The notes: a model not told the origin generated them from the letters alone. 64,000 nt of DNA from Phoronis australis (GCA_002633005.1 NMRA01000134.1:472652-536651), one strand, 5' to 3'. Shown: positions 25,101-40,140, counted from the stretch's first letter. Numbers and translations are program-made.

Positions 25101-28100
25101 CAGAGGGCGCTATTCTCAGAAACTCCCGACTGGACTTTATTTCATTGACGAAGAAAACTGAGAAGGTTTACAAGTCAAGAACTGCATCAGAATATCATAG
25201 GCTGGCCAACCCTTCCAAAATTACAGTTTCAGTTCAATTGCAGGTCAACGGAATGTTTAGACTGATGCTATCACGTTAAGCCAACGGCAATTATTAGTAT
25301 AGTTTGAAAGTCTTAATTAACGGCTTGTTTTGATTGCATGTTTAAGTAGGGCTTGAACAGTAAGCAAAGACTAAGTTACACAAGATTCTAGGAACTTTCT
25401 AATAACGAAAGTCAGGTTATGCAAGTATCTGGAATTCTTTCACCCCACTGAAACTTCGGCAAAAATAAACAACGAGCTAAAATGAAAACCAGGCAAGGCT
25501 CTTTCCACCTACACGAGTGTCCCTACGTCCTCGTCGCCAGAATAAAACCAAAAGCAATAAAATGGACACAAAAACACATTGCAGGTTAGTTCCGCACAAG
25601 TTTTCAAATTTAAATATGAGAGGGCTGCCTGAAATCAAATACAAAAGTTTCGAATTGTCTGTTTATTTTTGAATCGGAATTTGAACCAAGTGCGATGGAA
25701 CATCAATTTTCTGAAATGCTCTGATGAACTATTTTTGGGTGAAGGTGATGTTTGGAAAAGTCTGTTCGGAAAACGTTTGGTTTATTCACCCAATGTGTAT
25801 AGTAGGTCATCGCTTCTAGTGCATTCACAGGAACACGTTTTTTTTTTTTTACTTTGACACAATACCAGGAGCGTTAATCGAAACCATACCATGGGTTGCA
25901 GAACACTTTCGGTGGATCTGAACGCATATCAAGGGAGTGAGCAGGGTACTGACGACTCTCCCAAAACATTTACCACGGTTCGCAAGAACTGACTCTTACC
26001 ACACACACTTACGCTACTGCTTGAATTATACCTGCGCACGGGCCCACTTACCACGCACTACGAAATGTGCATCGTGGGGTATCTTTGTGCAGGGTAAAAG
26101 TTCTTGCAGTGCGTGGAAAAGGTTTTGTAGAGAGCAACAAAGGTTAGCTTTTGTGCGCTCTCGTCCAGCTCCATGTAATATGCAGTAAAAGACAAGGAGT
26201 CGATTTCCACCCCAGTAGAACAGTAGAGAAATAATTCTGAAGACAAATCGATTTTGGATTATACCTAACACAATTTATGAAATGTAATGCAACCTGATCT
26301 GCCGTATTATCATGATGCGATATGTTCATTTTTTCTCGCAAGACGTCGCTACAAAGCGACATCTTGCGAGAAAATGGCGATATGTTATGAAACGTTATAA
26401 TACGATTGACATTCATGTCTATATATGTTGAAACAGGATACATGCTTAACGGTAAGTAGTGTGTTTAGTTTTTTCTGGTAGTTCTCCGTTAAAAATCAAT
26501 CTCTTCTCGTGGGAATACCATTAATGTATTACCGTCAAGAGTGTGAGAATTCATTTTAAGACAGTCACTGGCCGCGGACGAAATAAATCGCCACAAGGAC
26601 TGATAACGAGCAAAACGGGACAAAACAACATATAAAAAACCCAGTTGACCTGTTTCACCAAAACTAAGCACAAATGCAAACCTGTTTTTGATTTAAAATG
26701 TCACTGCAGAATTAGACCATCTATGAGCCTGTTCGTAGACGGTACGGGCTTACGTACTCAAGTTGGCGGAAGCTAAAGACTATCAATGACTTTTAATGCT
26801 GATGGTAAATGTCTTAGGAGAAAGTTGCTAATTTCATCCCATTTCCTCACAGAGCCCCATGGACGCTCCTATTTCAAGATTTCCAAACAAATTTTTAAAA
26901 CGTGTAACGCTGGAAATGAGCGGGCAAACAGCAAGGGAAGTTTATTTTTTGTTTATATTTACGGAGACAAACAACATCTCCGTTAATTCTGACCCACATC
27001 TGAAGCCAAGCCACGTTTTTTTGTTTTTTAAATAGTTTATTGAATTCGACACAGTAAAAGTACAAATGTATACTTTCAGTCACAGCGAAAACATTATATG
27101 TAGTACATCTTTAAATGTTCATCATAATAACAATTTAGAAACAGGTTTTGAAGACATGGAATATAAGTATGCATAAACAATGTAAGGAAAAATACAGCGT
27201 TTGCAATATGTGCACCAAAAACACATTTTGCACCAGTTCCAACCGTCTTGTGTACAGCCTCCATTAATTAGCGTTTGTTAGAAATGGTAACCATCTCTGA
27301 CATCTGCTTCTCCATTGGTTAGCCAAAGCTGCTGATTGAACCACTTGGTGGCCATAATCTAGATGTTAAACGCGGGTTACGATCACTATTCCTCCGGCTC
27401 ACAGTGTCACTCCAGCAGAACACTTGGTTTAGAGTACAACTGTGCTTCTATTTTCGTATCTCATGATCCAAAAAGGAAAAATGCTCCATTGAAATCATTG
27501 AGCAGCCACTGAATATGTGTATTTGTCTTAGACAAAATGAGAGAAATACAAGATAAATTTAAATTTGAAATACGCATACAAATCGATTTGTTGCTTAGTA
27601 TGGTCAGGCCTCGTTTTCGGGTAGTTCACCAAACTGGATGTGAGACAGAACAACTGTCTGGATTAGGCGAACACAGCGGTTGGTAACATGGTATTTGTAA
27701 AGTCATGGTTTTTATAAAATGGCATCAAAAACACTGTTTGTTTACGTTTCTTGAGATTACTTATTAGCACAATTTTGATATTTGGACGTATAAAGTTTTT
27801 TTTGTGATATGTAATATGCAGTGGAAAACGTAAAATAGGCCTAAAGTAAATACATTGGCAATCTTTTATTGCCAGAATACATTCATTTTAACCACGTGTC
27901 AGTGGCGTAAATTTTAATCAAAATTATTCACCTGCGTAATTTAATGAGTAATTTACGCCGTTAAGGATAAATTTACCCAGGTAATTTAGATATGTCTCCC
28001 TCATTTGGCCAGCGATAATCCTCGTTCTACGAACGTCGTCTAATCATTAACCTTTTGCCCTTGATGCAGAAGTTAAATAGCTCTTAGTTATAGGACCTTA

Positions 28101-29214
28101 CTAACGACTTTTGCAGACTGAACCATAAACGTCCACGTTTCACGAACTATCTACTCAAGGCAGAGACGAGGTTACCTTTCAGCCTCAATCGAAGCTTTAA
28201 AAAGCCGTTGTTGTTATGTCAAACTTAAATTGTATAAGGAAGACATTACCAAGGTTTTTACAATGTATACCATAATTTAACAATTATTGCACCTGCTGTA
28301 AATGATAAAATGTTTAATGCCTTTTGATTGTGGGGGAAAGTTCCGTGTCTTCCCGGCTGTATTGATAAGTCCTAATAACGGAATTGCGAATCAACCATTT
28401 TGTTTTGGGGAGCGGAGGGTGTCGGTCCCCCTTCGCCCAGCTAAATCCCCGTATGAGAGCTAGCTTCTAGAAGTGACGCCAATATTCTTTGTATTTTCAT
28501 CCTAATTGGCAACCATCAACCGATTGTCTAATTTTAACCGTTCTAGCTTTGTACCAAAATGATAATGAATTACATAAGAGTAGGGCCGACGACGTATCTT
28601 CTGATCATTTCCTCCAGACAACTGTTGCGCACATTACGTGAGATAAACGATTTCTTCGTCGTGTTCTGGAGAACCTGAATTCAGTGACTCTAATGGCCGG
28701 GATTAGGGCTGCCATTCATTAGGAACCCAAGATTTGATTAATGAAAGTGGTTTTGATATCAATTGCGCATAGCATACCAAACTTCCCCAGGTTCATTTGA
28801 AAAAGGAAGATACGTTTTTCAATTAGTTTTTTTCCTGATTCCTGGAAGTAAAGGATGCTGCCTTACAATCAATGGATTGGCAATTCAGGAGGTGCTTAAC
28901 TACCTCGGAACCTGGCTTTGTCCACGCTCTTCGCCGGTCAAAACGCGTTAGGGGCACACTGAAAGTTGTACGCAGGTGACGTCAGCACTTGTACGGTAAT
29001 CCTCCAGTAATCAGTGAAAAAAATTACTACCAAAATAGTAACTTACCAAAGACTATAGTTTTACCGTGAACAGTGCTTTATGACAGTCATAAAATCAAAG
29101 CAATGATTATAATAGGGTAGGGGTTATTTGACAAAATCAAGTTGCAGTTGTTGGCGTTATCACAGGCTAAATAGATAAAAGTTATTGCAGACAGAGAATC
29201 CAATATATTTGCAC

Positions 29215-29551
29215 GTGATATCAGGCCACACAGTGTGCAAGTGATATCAGGACACACAGTGTGCAAGTGATATCAGGACACACAGTGTGCAAGTGATATC
29301 AGGCCACACAGTGTGCAAGTGATATCAGGTCACACAGTGTGCAAGTGATATCAGGCCACACAGTGCGCAAGTGATATCAGGCCACACAATGAGCAAGTGA
29401 TATCAGGCCACACAGTGAGCAAGTGATATCAGGTCACACAGTGTGCAAGTGATATCAGGTCACACAGTGTGCAAGTGATATCAGGCCACACAATGTGCAA
29501 GTGATATCAGGCCACACAGTGTGCAAGTGATATCAGGTCACACAGTGTGCA
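29215..29551. repeat. 26-bp minisatellite x13
   Basis: GTGATATCAGG(C/A/T)CACACAGTGTGCAA in tandem, no spacers. Confidence 0.95.
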
Positions 29552-29726
29552 TCCGATCAATTGCCTTTCTTCCCCAACCATTTACCTCAGTTTCAGCACG
29601 TGAGGTCGCTAGCGTCATTTGCACAACATGTCCGTGAGTGGCGAATAAACTTTAAGAAATTCAAGTCACTTTTCGCGGTAAAGTTGTTCGTTTCACATTT
29701 TATGTGGACAAGGGAAGCCCTGCTGC

Positions 29727-29746
29727 NNNNNNNNNNNNNNNNNNNN
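29727..29746. other. Assembly gap (20 N)
   Basis: Run of N. Confidence 1.
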
Positions 29747-30739
29747 AACCCCCCCCCCCCCGCCGAGGGTCATGATATTACACCTGTTTCCAGGAAATTT
29801 CGAGATGACAAACCTCACGCCTTGTTTAGATGCAATTATCATGAACGAAAACAAGTTTATGGAAATGACGCCGTATTATGCATAAAAGATATTTCGCCAC
29901 TGTTTGGCTGTAAGCGTTTTTCTTAATAGAAGTGGTTTAGGATTCAAAAATATGACCAAGCTTACTCTCATCTTGAATTGTTGTAGAGTAAGCAGGTAAG
30001 TCAAGTCATAGGCTATGCATACATGCGCTATAAACTTTGGAGAGTTTTTTTTCTGTATCGCTGAATGGCTTTGATGACCTTACCACGTTAAGGAAACCTG
30101 CTTTATGAGCTTAATTCTTTATTTGTTTTCGTAACTAAACCCTGTTGAGGAAACGTAGAGTTATCCATAGTTTAAATATGACGGTAATGGACCCCGTATG
30201 CATTATGAGCCCGTAGTAATAGGCCAAGCTCCTACTAAAACGAATAAAACTATCATACTCAATTTTTGAACGCACTGAAAATGCCGCTGTTGTGAGTAAA
30301 AACCAGTACGTTGCAATTGGACATGTTTTCATTAAGTCCACTCCAGGATCAGTATTTTAGTGTAAGTTAGCACTCGATGTAAAATAAACAGAAGTATTTG
30401 AATTGTTTCAAATAAAACGATAATATTATTACTATCGCAAAGTTTTTGCTATCATCAAACATCCCGGCATCGGTTAATTAGCGATGCAGATACTCGACGG
30501 ACAAAAGCTAGTTTCATGAATAAACAACCCCGCAGCATACAATCGTAAATACGCTATCAATTTGTGTTTCCGCCACTTACTTTTTGCTTGATAAGAAATC
30601 TATTAAATTGTCTGATCTCCATAGAGCGCAATTTAAAAATCGGCTGCAGCCTTTGCTCTATCTAGTTTTCTACCGCGCACGCGCTACGCTTGTCCAACTC
30701 GAAACGGTGGACTCTGGTGATGTGCCAAGTTCCTACCGA

Positions 30740-31200
30740 GACAAACAGTTTTGTAGTTTGTTGATGCACGGACAAACTCGTAGGCAGTGATATAACTGTG
30801 AAGCCCTTTGGAGATGTGCCAACATAAATTTGCAAAACAAAATACAAATGCAACATACACGACGGCGTGAATATTTTACTATTACTCGCAGCCAAATCCT
30901 CAAAAACGCGTTTTTGTTTGAACACGATAAAGGAAGACAGTGTCGGTGATTCAAGTAGAGCCATCACAAAAACTGGACAGAAACATTAGCGACAGACCAA
31001 AACACCGAAGCGACAAGACTGCCTTCCTGATGTCATTCCGACGACGAAATAAACACTGCTATCTGGAAAGCCAATCACTTGACTGGCTCATCTGTACCGC
31101 AAGTTTTTAAAAACGTGCCCTTGATCAGATCTACGCGCTTTTTTGAATACGATGACAGTGTGGGAAACACTAGCGAAGATTATCTCCCCAAATTGATACA
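30740..31200 (+). pseudogene. Possible Mutator (MULE)/FLYWCH-type transposase fragment
   Basis: Frameshifted LWRCAN..KYKC, then LPS...PQVFK....RFFEYDDSVG, resembling MULE transposase N-terminal regions. Confidence 0.3.
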
Positions 31201-31721
31201 ATTGGTTGGTACAGACGCACCAAGCAATGTATAGCATCGTGCGAATCATAAAAAGTGTTCGCTGAAGTTAACAATTTTATAAAACTGAGAAGTGTAAACA
31301 ATTATGTTTACATTATGTGTGTTTTTCTTACTTGAAATCACAGAGTAACTCAGTTTCGGGAGGTGAGGAGACAAAAGGCTGCTGGCGAAAATGATCATTA
31401 CGCGTCGGACAGCAAATAAGTCGGCCTGAATAAGTCAGGGGTGCAGGCTGGCATTAGGCTGACGAGCTGTATTGGCAACAGTCCATCACTTGGGAAAAAC
31501 GTTTAGTTTTCAAAACAAGCAGGGATCGGGAACCGATTACATGGTCTTGCCTCTAAATTCCAACTACGTCTTTCTAACCTTGAATCCCGGACCAGTAGAC
31601 ACAAAGCTCGCTGTACAAATTACCCGCGTTCAGCTCCATACATACTCTAGGCGCTCGAAAATGCTCCATATCATATGGCGAACAGGAATTTAAATTTAAA
31701 TTGTTGATTCCTACAATTATG

Positions 31722-31882
31722 GATGGGCAGCGCGCCATAGGGTGCTGGGGGGTTAATAGCCCCCTCACTTATTTCAGTGCTCCGCGCCCATGTGACATGG
31801 GCGAGAGGCGCACACTAGTGGGCTCGGGGGTGGGGGAGGGTGTTATAGCCCACCCACTTATTTCAGTGCTGTGCCTCCCATG
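31722..31882. mobile_element. Two adjacent copies of the CATGGGCG MITE-like family
   Basis: Two units, each of the form ATGGGC..GGGG..ATAGCCC..CACTTATTTCAGTGCT..CCCATG. Confidence 0.65.
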
Positions 31883-32152
31883 TTACGACGGAATAAAAGC
31901 GACGTACGGTCTCGTAACTTTCGCGAAACCGTTAATATCCTTGACATAACTCCATTTCCCACACTTGATATATAGGAAATGCCGTAAATTTTGCATCGCC
32001 GTTAGAGGGCACTTGGGCAGCTCTTAAATAACTCGGCATTTACATGACTTGTTAATTTACTTAAAACACACAGTATATCATTGTTTCATCAGTTTTAATT
32101 AACTATTTTATAAACTTTTACATGGCTTCTCACTCGTTTTTAAAAGTAAAAT

Positions 32153-32202
32153 AATGAATGAATGAATGAATGAATGAATGAATGGTTGGATGAATGAATG
32201 AA
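32153..32202. repeat. (TGAA)n microsatellite
   Basis: Direct observation. Confidence 0.9.
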
Positions 32203-35200
32203 CGGGCACTGGGCGAAATTAGGTTAACCACGGTACTTCCTTCGGATAGACTCACGTCGACAACAAACACTCATCACTGATAGGCAAAAGAAGTTGGACG
32301 GCTCCGTGGATCGGACAGATACAAGGTAGGTGCGGACTGAAAATTGTTTCGTGCTTTTGCAGGCAATCCGTATTATCAAATATTATTTGGAGCTGTGTAA
32401 CGGTTAATGTTCCTCATTGTCGTTTGCTAAAATGAACAGAGTCATTTTACCCGAGTTATTGGTAACTAGCAACAGATGTTTGAAAGGGCTTATCAACGTT
32501 TTTTACCGAACAAAAATTACGACTTGCATGTATAATGTTTTATCTCTTTGAGTAGCAACAATTCTTTGGTTTAAGCAGCTATTTATTACTCGTAGAGGTT
32601 GGTTTTAAACATTACTGGTATGGGTGACATCGTAGAACAGTCAGAGATTTGTATCAATTACATTGTGTATTGTCAGCGATAAGCTGGGGAGACCGACTGG
32701 ACTGATTACATTCTCCGACCCGGGGCAATTGGATCCCTGTCGGTTTGTGACATTTGTTAAACCGACCAGTCAGTCGGCCATAAACACAAAACCCGTCCTC
32801 CGTCCATGTAAAACATGCATTGTTCGCGTGCTCCCAACAGTTAATAGGAACAGGCAGTGACTCACTATATTATAAAAAGTATTGGTTTTTAAAAACATGT
32901 CAAACGGTTAACTAGAGTTATTGTCAAAACTATTGTCCTAAACCACATGTGTTTTTATAAGTCTTTAGAGGCAAAATAATACATGAAGTGCATAATATTT
33001 CTGTTTATTTAAACTTGTTCACATCCAACAGTTCACTTATACGAGAACATGACAATAGTCATATGCTGCGGCTGAAACGACTGACGCGTAGCAGTACCAA
33101 ATCGTAAACCCGTGGCCGGAAAAAGGTTAAATCAAAGGTAGCATAAGCCGGATGGCGTGACGTCATGCAGATGACGATACGTGCAGGGCCTATCGACTGT
33201 CTGTCATTGTCACCACTTAATTCTACATCGGAATCAACATTCCACCATACGTACACGTCTAAAAATACCGGGCCAATCGATACTCAATGCCAGGATGCCT
33301 TTGGGGGAATGAGGAAACTTTTCAATATATCTGGTTCGCCACTCTGGACCAGCATCCACATTTGCAATTTCCTGTTTGTCAGTTGATCCCGCGGTGACCA
33401 TCTTTGAATAATATTTAACCGAGAACTCGATGTAACGTCGCACAACCCTCGCTCGAATAGAAACCTTAGTCAGAAAAAGTTTACCACTCAAATCAGCAAC
33501 GGGCGTGGTAGTCTTTCGGTAATGAATCCGACCATGGAAACTTCATGGCATGCAAGTCCCAGATGTTGCAGAAGTAAAAATGCATCCCACGAAGGTTTAA
33601 TCCACCCCCTACGCGAGAGCAACAGACTTCACAGGAACTGAAACTGGAAGCCGGGAGATAAATGTCTCAGAGAATTACCGTCTAAAAATAACATGAATGT
33701 CTCATTAAGTGAGACATGTTTGGAGTTGCGAATGTTTATGGTTTCTAACTTTTGGTCGACAAAAAGTTGTCAATAAATAAGGTGACCCCGGGATATGAGT
33801 CACTGCATTCAGGTTTTACTTGCGTTTTTATATTAAGTATTTACCTGTATAAGAAATAGTTTTCTGTTTGTAGCTTTGATGGTGACAGTGTTGAATAGAA
33901 GACTAAAGCTGAAAATATGAATGCATTCACTTCCTAACAATTCGCTTGTATCGAGTCTATAGGTTGAACTGGTGTTTTGCTAACAATCCACAGCCATTTA
34001 GGCTAAACCATTTTGTAAATTTTGAGGATTGCCACGACTATCTAGGCTAATCGTTTTTACCATCACTTTTAATTCGTGTGCGGATTGGTTAGTTACAGTT
34101 TAACCCAATGATCTCTCGGACATTGCCGCAGTAAGGTTTCTCAGGCGCCTCCAAGCTATAAAAAGTCCAAGGGTTCTAGTAAAATGAGCGACCCTTGGTC
34201 ATAACATCCCCCCCGGTCGCCACAATTTTATGCTTGGCGAAGTGGGCGAAGTGGCGATCCTATTTTACACGGGGCCCAAAGCTGTAGCTTGCCGTGCCTG
34301 TCCGATCTAAGCTATTGCACGATATAGTTATCGTTTAAAGCAAAGCCAAAGTTCTTCACCTGAAATTTGATTATTTGAATTTAATTGATCTCAAAAGTAG
34401 TTTTGCCCTGTGAGATGACCCATCGAAGGTATACAGTTTACACGTGTTGTATTCTACTCGAAACTGGATACACCAATTTGTCGATTTACGTGAAGACGTG
34501 TTTACAAAAACAATTCTTTCTATTCTCACAAGTATTAGGCTATTCTTACGTGAGAGTAAGTTTAGCCATTAGCTATTTCAGCGTGGTGGAATTTCATTGA
34601 ACATGCAAATTTGACCGAATGCAAGCAACAGGCGAAAGGTTTGTATTTGACAAAATGCGTAGTCAGTTGAAGATCCTTAATTAACTACGACGAGTCAAAA
34701 TACGAGGGCCAATGCTTTCCATTTGTTTTGTTTTTTCACATACTGCCCCGCCGGCAGTTAGTAGGACACAGCCTGAGCACACCATTCTGGAGCAGTTACA
34801 GATATCACATGAAAGGATGAGTCGCCTTGGCGATTGTAGAGAAACACGAGCGCACTCCTGCCAGTCAATATATAATACGCACAGTCACGGTTCCTATTAC
34901 TAAAGAAGATTGCGGTTTGACGTGCAATATCAGAGAAGAACTATTAATTACGTAGAAAACAAAAAGTGACACAAAATTCTAAGTTACAGGTGTCGTATTC
35001 GAATGTTGGATCTGAGTTAATGTCTTTTAATTTATTGGAATAAAACATTAATGAGTATTGGACCGAGGGGAAAATTTTGAGGTCTCCGTTATAAGTAGAT
35101 ACGTTTTAGAAAAGGCATTATGCGTAATGATGAAATATCGGCACTTTCTTCCCTATAAAAAGGAACTTTGAAACCCTTTTTAACCTTTATGCTCCATAAA

Positions 35201-36587
35201 ATGTCATTCTAATTCGGCATACCACCTTTGTAAATTTGTCCTTTGATGTTTTTATTATGCCAATTACGTGCGAAATCCGATACATGCTATTGTTTTCACT
35301 TACTGCCTGAAAACATGTTTAATTTAATTAACTGAGCACGGTTTATACGATCTCCAAGTAACCGCCCTCCGCCTTGAGAAAAGGTTAATAATCTCTACAC
35401 TCGTGTGTTTTTAAAGCGACGAGACTTTAATACAAAACTAAGTGTAAAAATAAAAAGAGCACCATAAGAATACAAGGAGACACACAAACAAATATTGCCT
35501 GTTCACAATACATCCTCAGACATTTTCTTGTCAAACGCCTCTAGTCAAGCCATTCTAACCAGAAACTGCCGATATTTAGGAACATTATCGCAACTCCCAC
35601 TTGGTTGTTGATGAGTAGGCAATCAATTTTTGAATATTTTTAATTTTCATGGTTGCGATAAAGCCATGTACCTAATGACGTCAATTTGTAAAGTTGATGT
35701 ATTCGCTGATACAACGGATAGTTGATGCATCACATAGCGCTAGTCCCAAGTTAGTGTGAATGTCCTCAATACAATAATGCAACCACTTGTGTTTCTTGTA
35801 AAAAAGGCGTGTGGTATTAATTACTCCCCCGGGTCGCACAACGACGGCTAGAAGTCGTTTTCCAAGCTTAAACGGTGTTTGAGAACACCGTTGTAGGCTA
35901 CAAGTAGTAGCTCGAGGACTCACAGAGCTCGTGCACGCGTTCTGTCTGTTCACGTTCTTTGTATGGTGCTTTAAAAGTTTTGAAACTTTAACCTTTCACA
36001 TCCTCAACGAATCCGAAAGTAAAACTGAAACGTTTAAGCTTCAGCAACTAATTTAGTGCACTTCATCACTAAAAATCTCGGAGGTTCACGAGCTCTGTCT
36101 AACCATTTCGCCAACATTGTTATTTTTGATCAATTAAATTAGATTGAAGTGTCTCGATCGGTAGAATGGTAATGACCCTTCAAATACGCACAGTCTTTAC
36201 ATCATGACGGTCATATTGTTTTCTGTTGATTAATCCAGTACTTGAATTTTAGGGGATGGCCCCCTTGGCCTCCCTCTAAATCCGCCACTGTTGTTCATTC
36301 CAAAAGTGAATATCAAAAAGTTGTTACAAAAACAAATGGACAATGCCAGTCATTGTTCTAGCATTCACTGGTATCGTTTTCATTTCCCCGGTATTCAGTT
36401 TACAAAATCTGAACATGTTTGGATATATGTTTACATGTTAGATTAAGCAAAACTTGTAAAAACAACATAGACGCACGTTTGTAGAGTAGCTGTACAAGGC
36501 AATCAGGTTATGTTGCAGCGTTCGTGCCGCAAGGTATTCGATAAATTCTGTAAGGCGACAGCCACCCTAATGAGTGTTCTTTGTTGT

Positions 36588-37003
36588 NNNNNNNNNNNNN
36601 NNNNNNNNNNNNNNNNNNNNNNNNNNNNNNNNNNNNNNNNNNNNNNNNNNNNNNNNNNNNNNNNNNNNNNNNNNNNNNNNNNNNNNNNNNNNNNNNNNNN
36701 NNNNNNNNNNNNNNNNNNNNNNNNNNNNNNNNNNNNNNNNNNNNNNNNNNNNNNNNNNNNNNNNNNNNNNNNNNNNNNNNNNNNNNNNNNNNNNNNNNNN
36801 NNNNNNNNNNNNNNNNNNNNNNNNNNNNNNNNNNNNNNNNNNNNNNNNNNNNNNNNNNNNNNNNNNNNNNNNNNNNNNNNNNNNNNNNNNNNNNNNNNNN
36901 NNNNNNNNNNNNNNNNNNNNNNNNNNNNNNNNNNNNNNNNNNNNNNNNNNNNNNNNNNNNNNNNNNNNNNNNNNNNNNNNNNNNNNNNNNNNNNNNNNNN
37001 NNN
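36588..37003. other. Assembly gap (416 N)
   Basis: Run of N. Confidence 1.
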
Positions 37004-37214
37004 GATGATACATCAATTAACATATACAAAATACTGGTAGATTCACTCCTTGTAAATAGGCAATAACCCTTCGTAGAGTTAAAATTGGGAAACTAACTAG
37101 ATGACTTAACAGACACTGCAACTTAAACAATCTTCGTAATATCGCCCTCATTAATTTTATTCCACTGTTTCGTTTTACATGGAAATTGTGGTATTTGAAT
37201 AAATCTATTTAATT

Positions 37215-37233
37215 CTCTCTCTCTCTCTCTCTC
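37215..37233. repeat. (CT)n microsatellite
   Basis: Direct observation. Confidence 0.85.
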
Positions 37234-38869
37234 CCGGGCCGACCTTGGACAAGACTGGAAGACCTTACTGCCATTCCAATACCAACATACGGCAGTTGTG
37301 TCCCGAATATTGCAGTCAGGCCGAACGAATCATGTTTCCGTGTTTTTACTTGGTCCCCGATATATTTGTAAGTGGTATCCATCGAGGTTAACTAAACAAG
37401 AAGTTTGAAGGAAGTTCCACACCCAGCCGTCACGCAGGCACTGACAGCATTCCGACCTCCGCGTGATTAAAAAGATCTGGCGACGTCCGACGGCATTTAC
37501 ATGCAGACAGCGCGGATAAGTAAGGAACCATGTGGCCAGACCCCTGCCATAAACAAGCAAGTACAAATGCATAAAATGGTGCCGCCGCCGCTGAAATCTT
37601 GTTCCGTACTATTCCCCACTATTCCTCCGTAGCCACTCACGCATATTTTTGAGGAAACACGATGTCCAAATACATCAAAATTTCCTCGTCAGCTGTCCCG
37701 GATGTTCCCAACGGGGTTATTTTAGACAGTGCAAAAACGATGATATCCAATCTGAATGCTTCCATGCATATTATAAGTTGAACTGTAACCAAATGTTGCG
37801 CGTTGGAGGGCATTTCTCCAAATCTGCCCGCTGACATCATTTGAACAACAAAGAAAAAAATTGATGAATATAATGTTACTCGAATGTTAATATTTTGCTC
37901 TAGACCAACATTCTTCCATGATAAGGATTTGAAAAGTCCGACCTATAATTTTCACAGACAGTATATAATTCAAAGGCTCCATTCATTGCGGCCAGGACTC
38001 CAGGTTGCAAACACTGTTTCCATTAGCATTGTTTTAACAAATATTAACCCCTTGGTTAACCTCAGTGAAACAGACAACCGATAAAAGCTTACCGCGCTGT
38101 GGCCAGATTAACCACATGAGATTTTCTGTTTTTATTGATTAAATGAGTCCAAGCATTGTGAATTGTATGATTCAAAAAGAGCATCGCTGATGGCTGTTGT
38201 TCTGGTGTACGCTCGTCCTTTATCGCAGTTATGCTGTGCAGCTTGTCTATGGATATTTGAGAATGTTTAGTTTTTTTGCGATGAAGGCTGTCGCAGTGTC
38301 TGAATAGTTCCATAAATGTTAGCGTTTTCGGACACTTTGTTGTTCATGGTGCATTTAATTTTCGGTCAACCAAAAGTACATTAAATACTTTTACTTAACA
38401 TTCCAAAACCTGAATAGCCACACTCAGGCTTCCGCTAATTTTACTATTTGGCTCGTACTTCAGAAAACCAAACTACTGCTCAAGGCTTTAGCTATCTCCT
38501 CCCACGAAGGTAAAATTTCCGTCGATGATAGCTTGCCGCCTTAAATTCCGATTATGTAATTTCTTCCGATATAAATTGGATTAAGGTATCTTTAGACAAC
38601 AAACCGTCCAAATATTACTGTTCGTAATTTTTGTTCTGTTTGCACGCTAACAGTTTCGGATACACGCGCGCGCGCAAGTATCCATATCTACTATCGATTT
38701 CGTGCCAATTTTCTCAGGTGTTTTTCTCAATAATCGCACTATTTTCACATTTTCGCGCCAGTTTTGTGTACAACGACTGTGGTCAGTATCCACAACTGTA
38801 CGCACGCGCAGTTATTGCTCAGAGCAAGAAAAATGAATAACTTTGAAATCAGTATACTCCTTTGACTGT

Positions 38870-40140
38870 TGCGATTTAAAACCCATGAACTCGTTAAACA
38901 CAGGAGTTTATTTTTTGATAATCTTTCTGCGCCGGTAGAATATCTCATTACTTGTTACATTGTACAGACGGTATGCTTTGACAAACTAGGCATCTTCAAA
39001 AGTGGCAGAATGCAAGTCTTCCGCCAGATCGTTACGTAACTTGCAAATTCCTTGCTCTCGGAAGCTTGAAAGATCACCTCGACACTCTTGAAATTTTCAG
39101 CGAACCATGTCTATATACTAAGTTGCTCGACAAATAATGGTGTTTACAACTGCTTGAAACTGTCATCGCATGCTAAACTACTGGATGTCAGGCATAAACA
39201 AATGATTTCCACTCGGTCTGAACCGCCGTTCAACCACACGTAACGTTAGAACGACAGGAAGGATAGAGTCTTGGTTTTTTTGAGGCGTTTAATTATCTAT
39301 ACCTCATTTAATTCTGATTAACGACGGAAATTCCAGTGAGGCTTAATTGGGGTGCCAACTGATAAATAAGGCTAACTGGCCATTGCTATCACCAGGTAAG
39401 TTTAATGTTGACTGCATCTGAATATTTAGTGCCGCGTCAAATGGTAGTTTTTCTTTTCAATGCCGGTCTTCTCATCATTCTTTGCTCTTTCGAGCGAATC
39501 TTTACTTTTTATCAGTGTGAAACTAACTAGCTTTATGTACACGTTGTCTGCGTTAGCTCTCCATGTATGCGTTCAGGGTTGTCCCTTCAGTCTTGTCACG
39601 TGTCACTTGATATTGACATTACAAGTTGGGTTGTTTGTTCTAAGGTTTTGTTGAAAAATATTTACATTTGATATTGGATCTTGTAACTCGAGATCAACTG
39701 TTCTGAGGTATCTCATCTTGTTCTATTGTCTGATCAAAACAGCATTTTTCAAAACGTGTCCCATTCTAAGTTGGTCATTCATGGTTCATTCGTCTGCTGT
39801 TGTTACGCGCCATGTTTGAATCGCTCGCACACGCAGTTCGTACTTTCTTTCATAAGCGTCGTGCAATCTGAGAAAGTTTGCTTAGCAGGATGCATTCGCT
39901 CCGTCTTAAATGTCTGTTCTGTTGTCCAAGTAATCAAATGTGTGCAGCTTCCGTTTGGCGACCAAGTTCAATAAGTGGTTTCCAAGACGATTTTGTAACG
40001 GTAAACGTTCTCATAGTCCCGTGATAGCAAGCTTCTGATGACTGAAATGAGAATGTGGGACTGACAAGAAAGACATCGATTTCAATATTTAGCGATTTTC
40101 GAACTGGATTGCCCTGTAATGGCATTAGGCTTCTCATTCT
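38870..40140 (-). pseudogene. Highly decayed hAT-superfamily transposase fossil
   Basis: Minus-strand fragments in the expected order, broken by stops and frameshifts: QKLAI (EQLSI-like), DGAN, CAS.SNMA (CxxH-like), W...SD..TR*, RDKTEGTTLNAYMES, FQAVVNTII, STGAERLS (hATC-like). Confidence 0.55.

Noticed and set aside
29215-29551. CRISPR-like array or RAG recombination signal (CACAGTG heptamer in most units)
   Set aside because: Units are head-to-tail with no unique spacers, there are no cas genes, and no ACAAAAACC nonamer lies at 12 or 23 bp
36508-37066. Long ORFs of 144-176 aa in the ORF track
   Set aside because: Artefacts of the 416-N assembly gap
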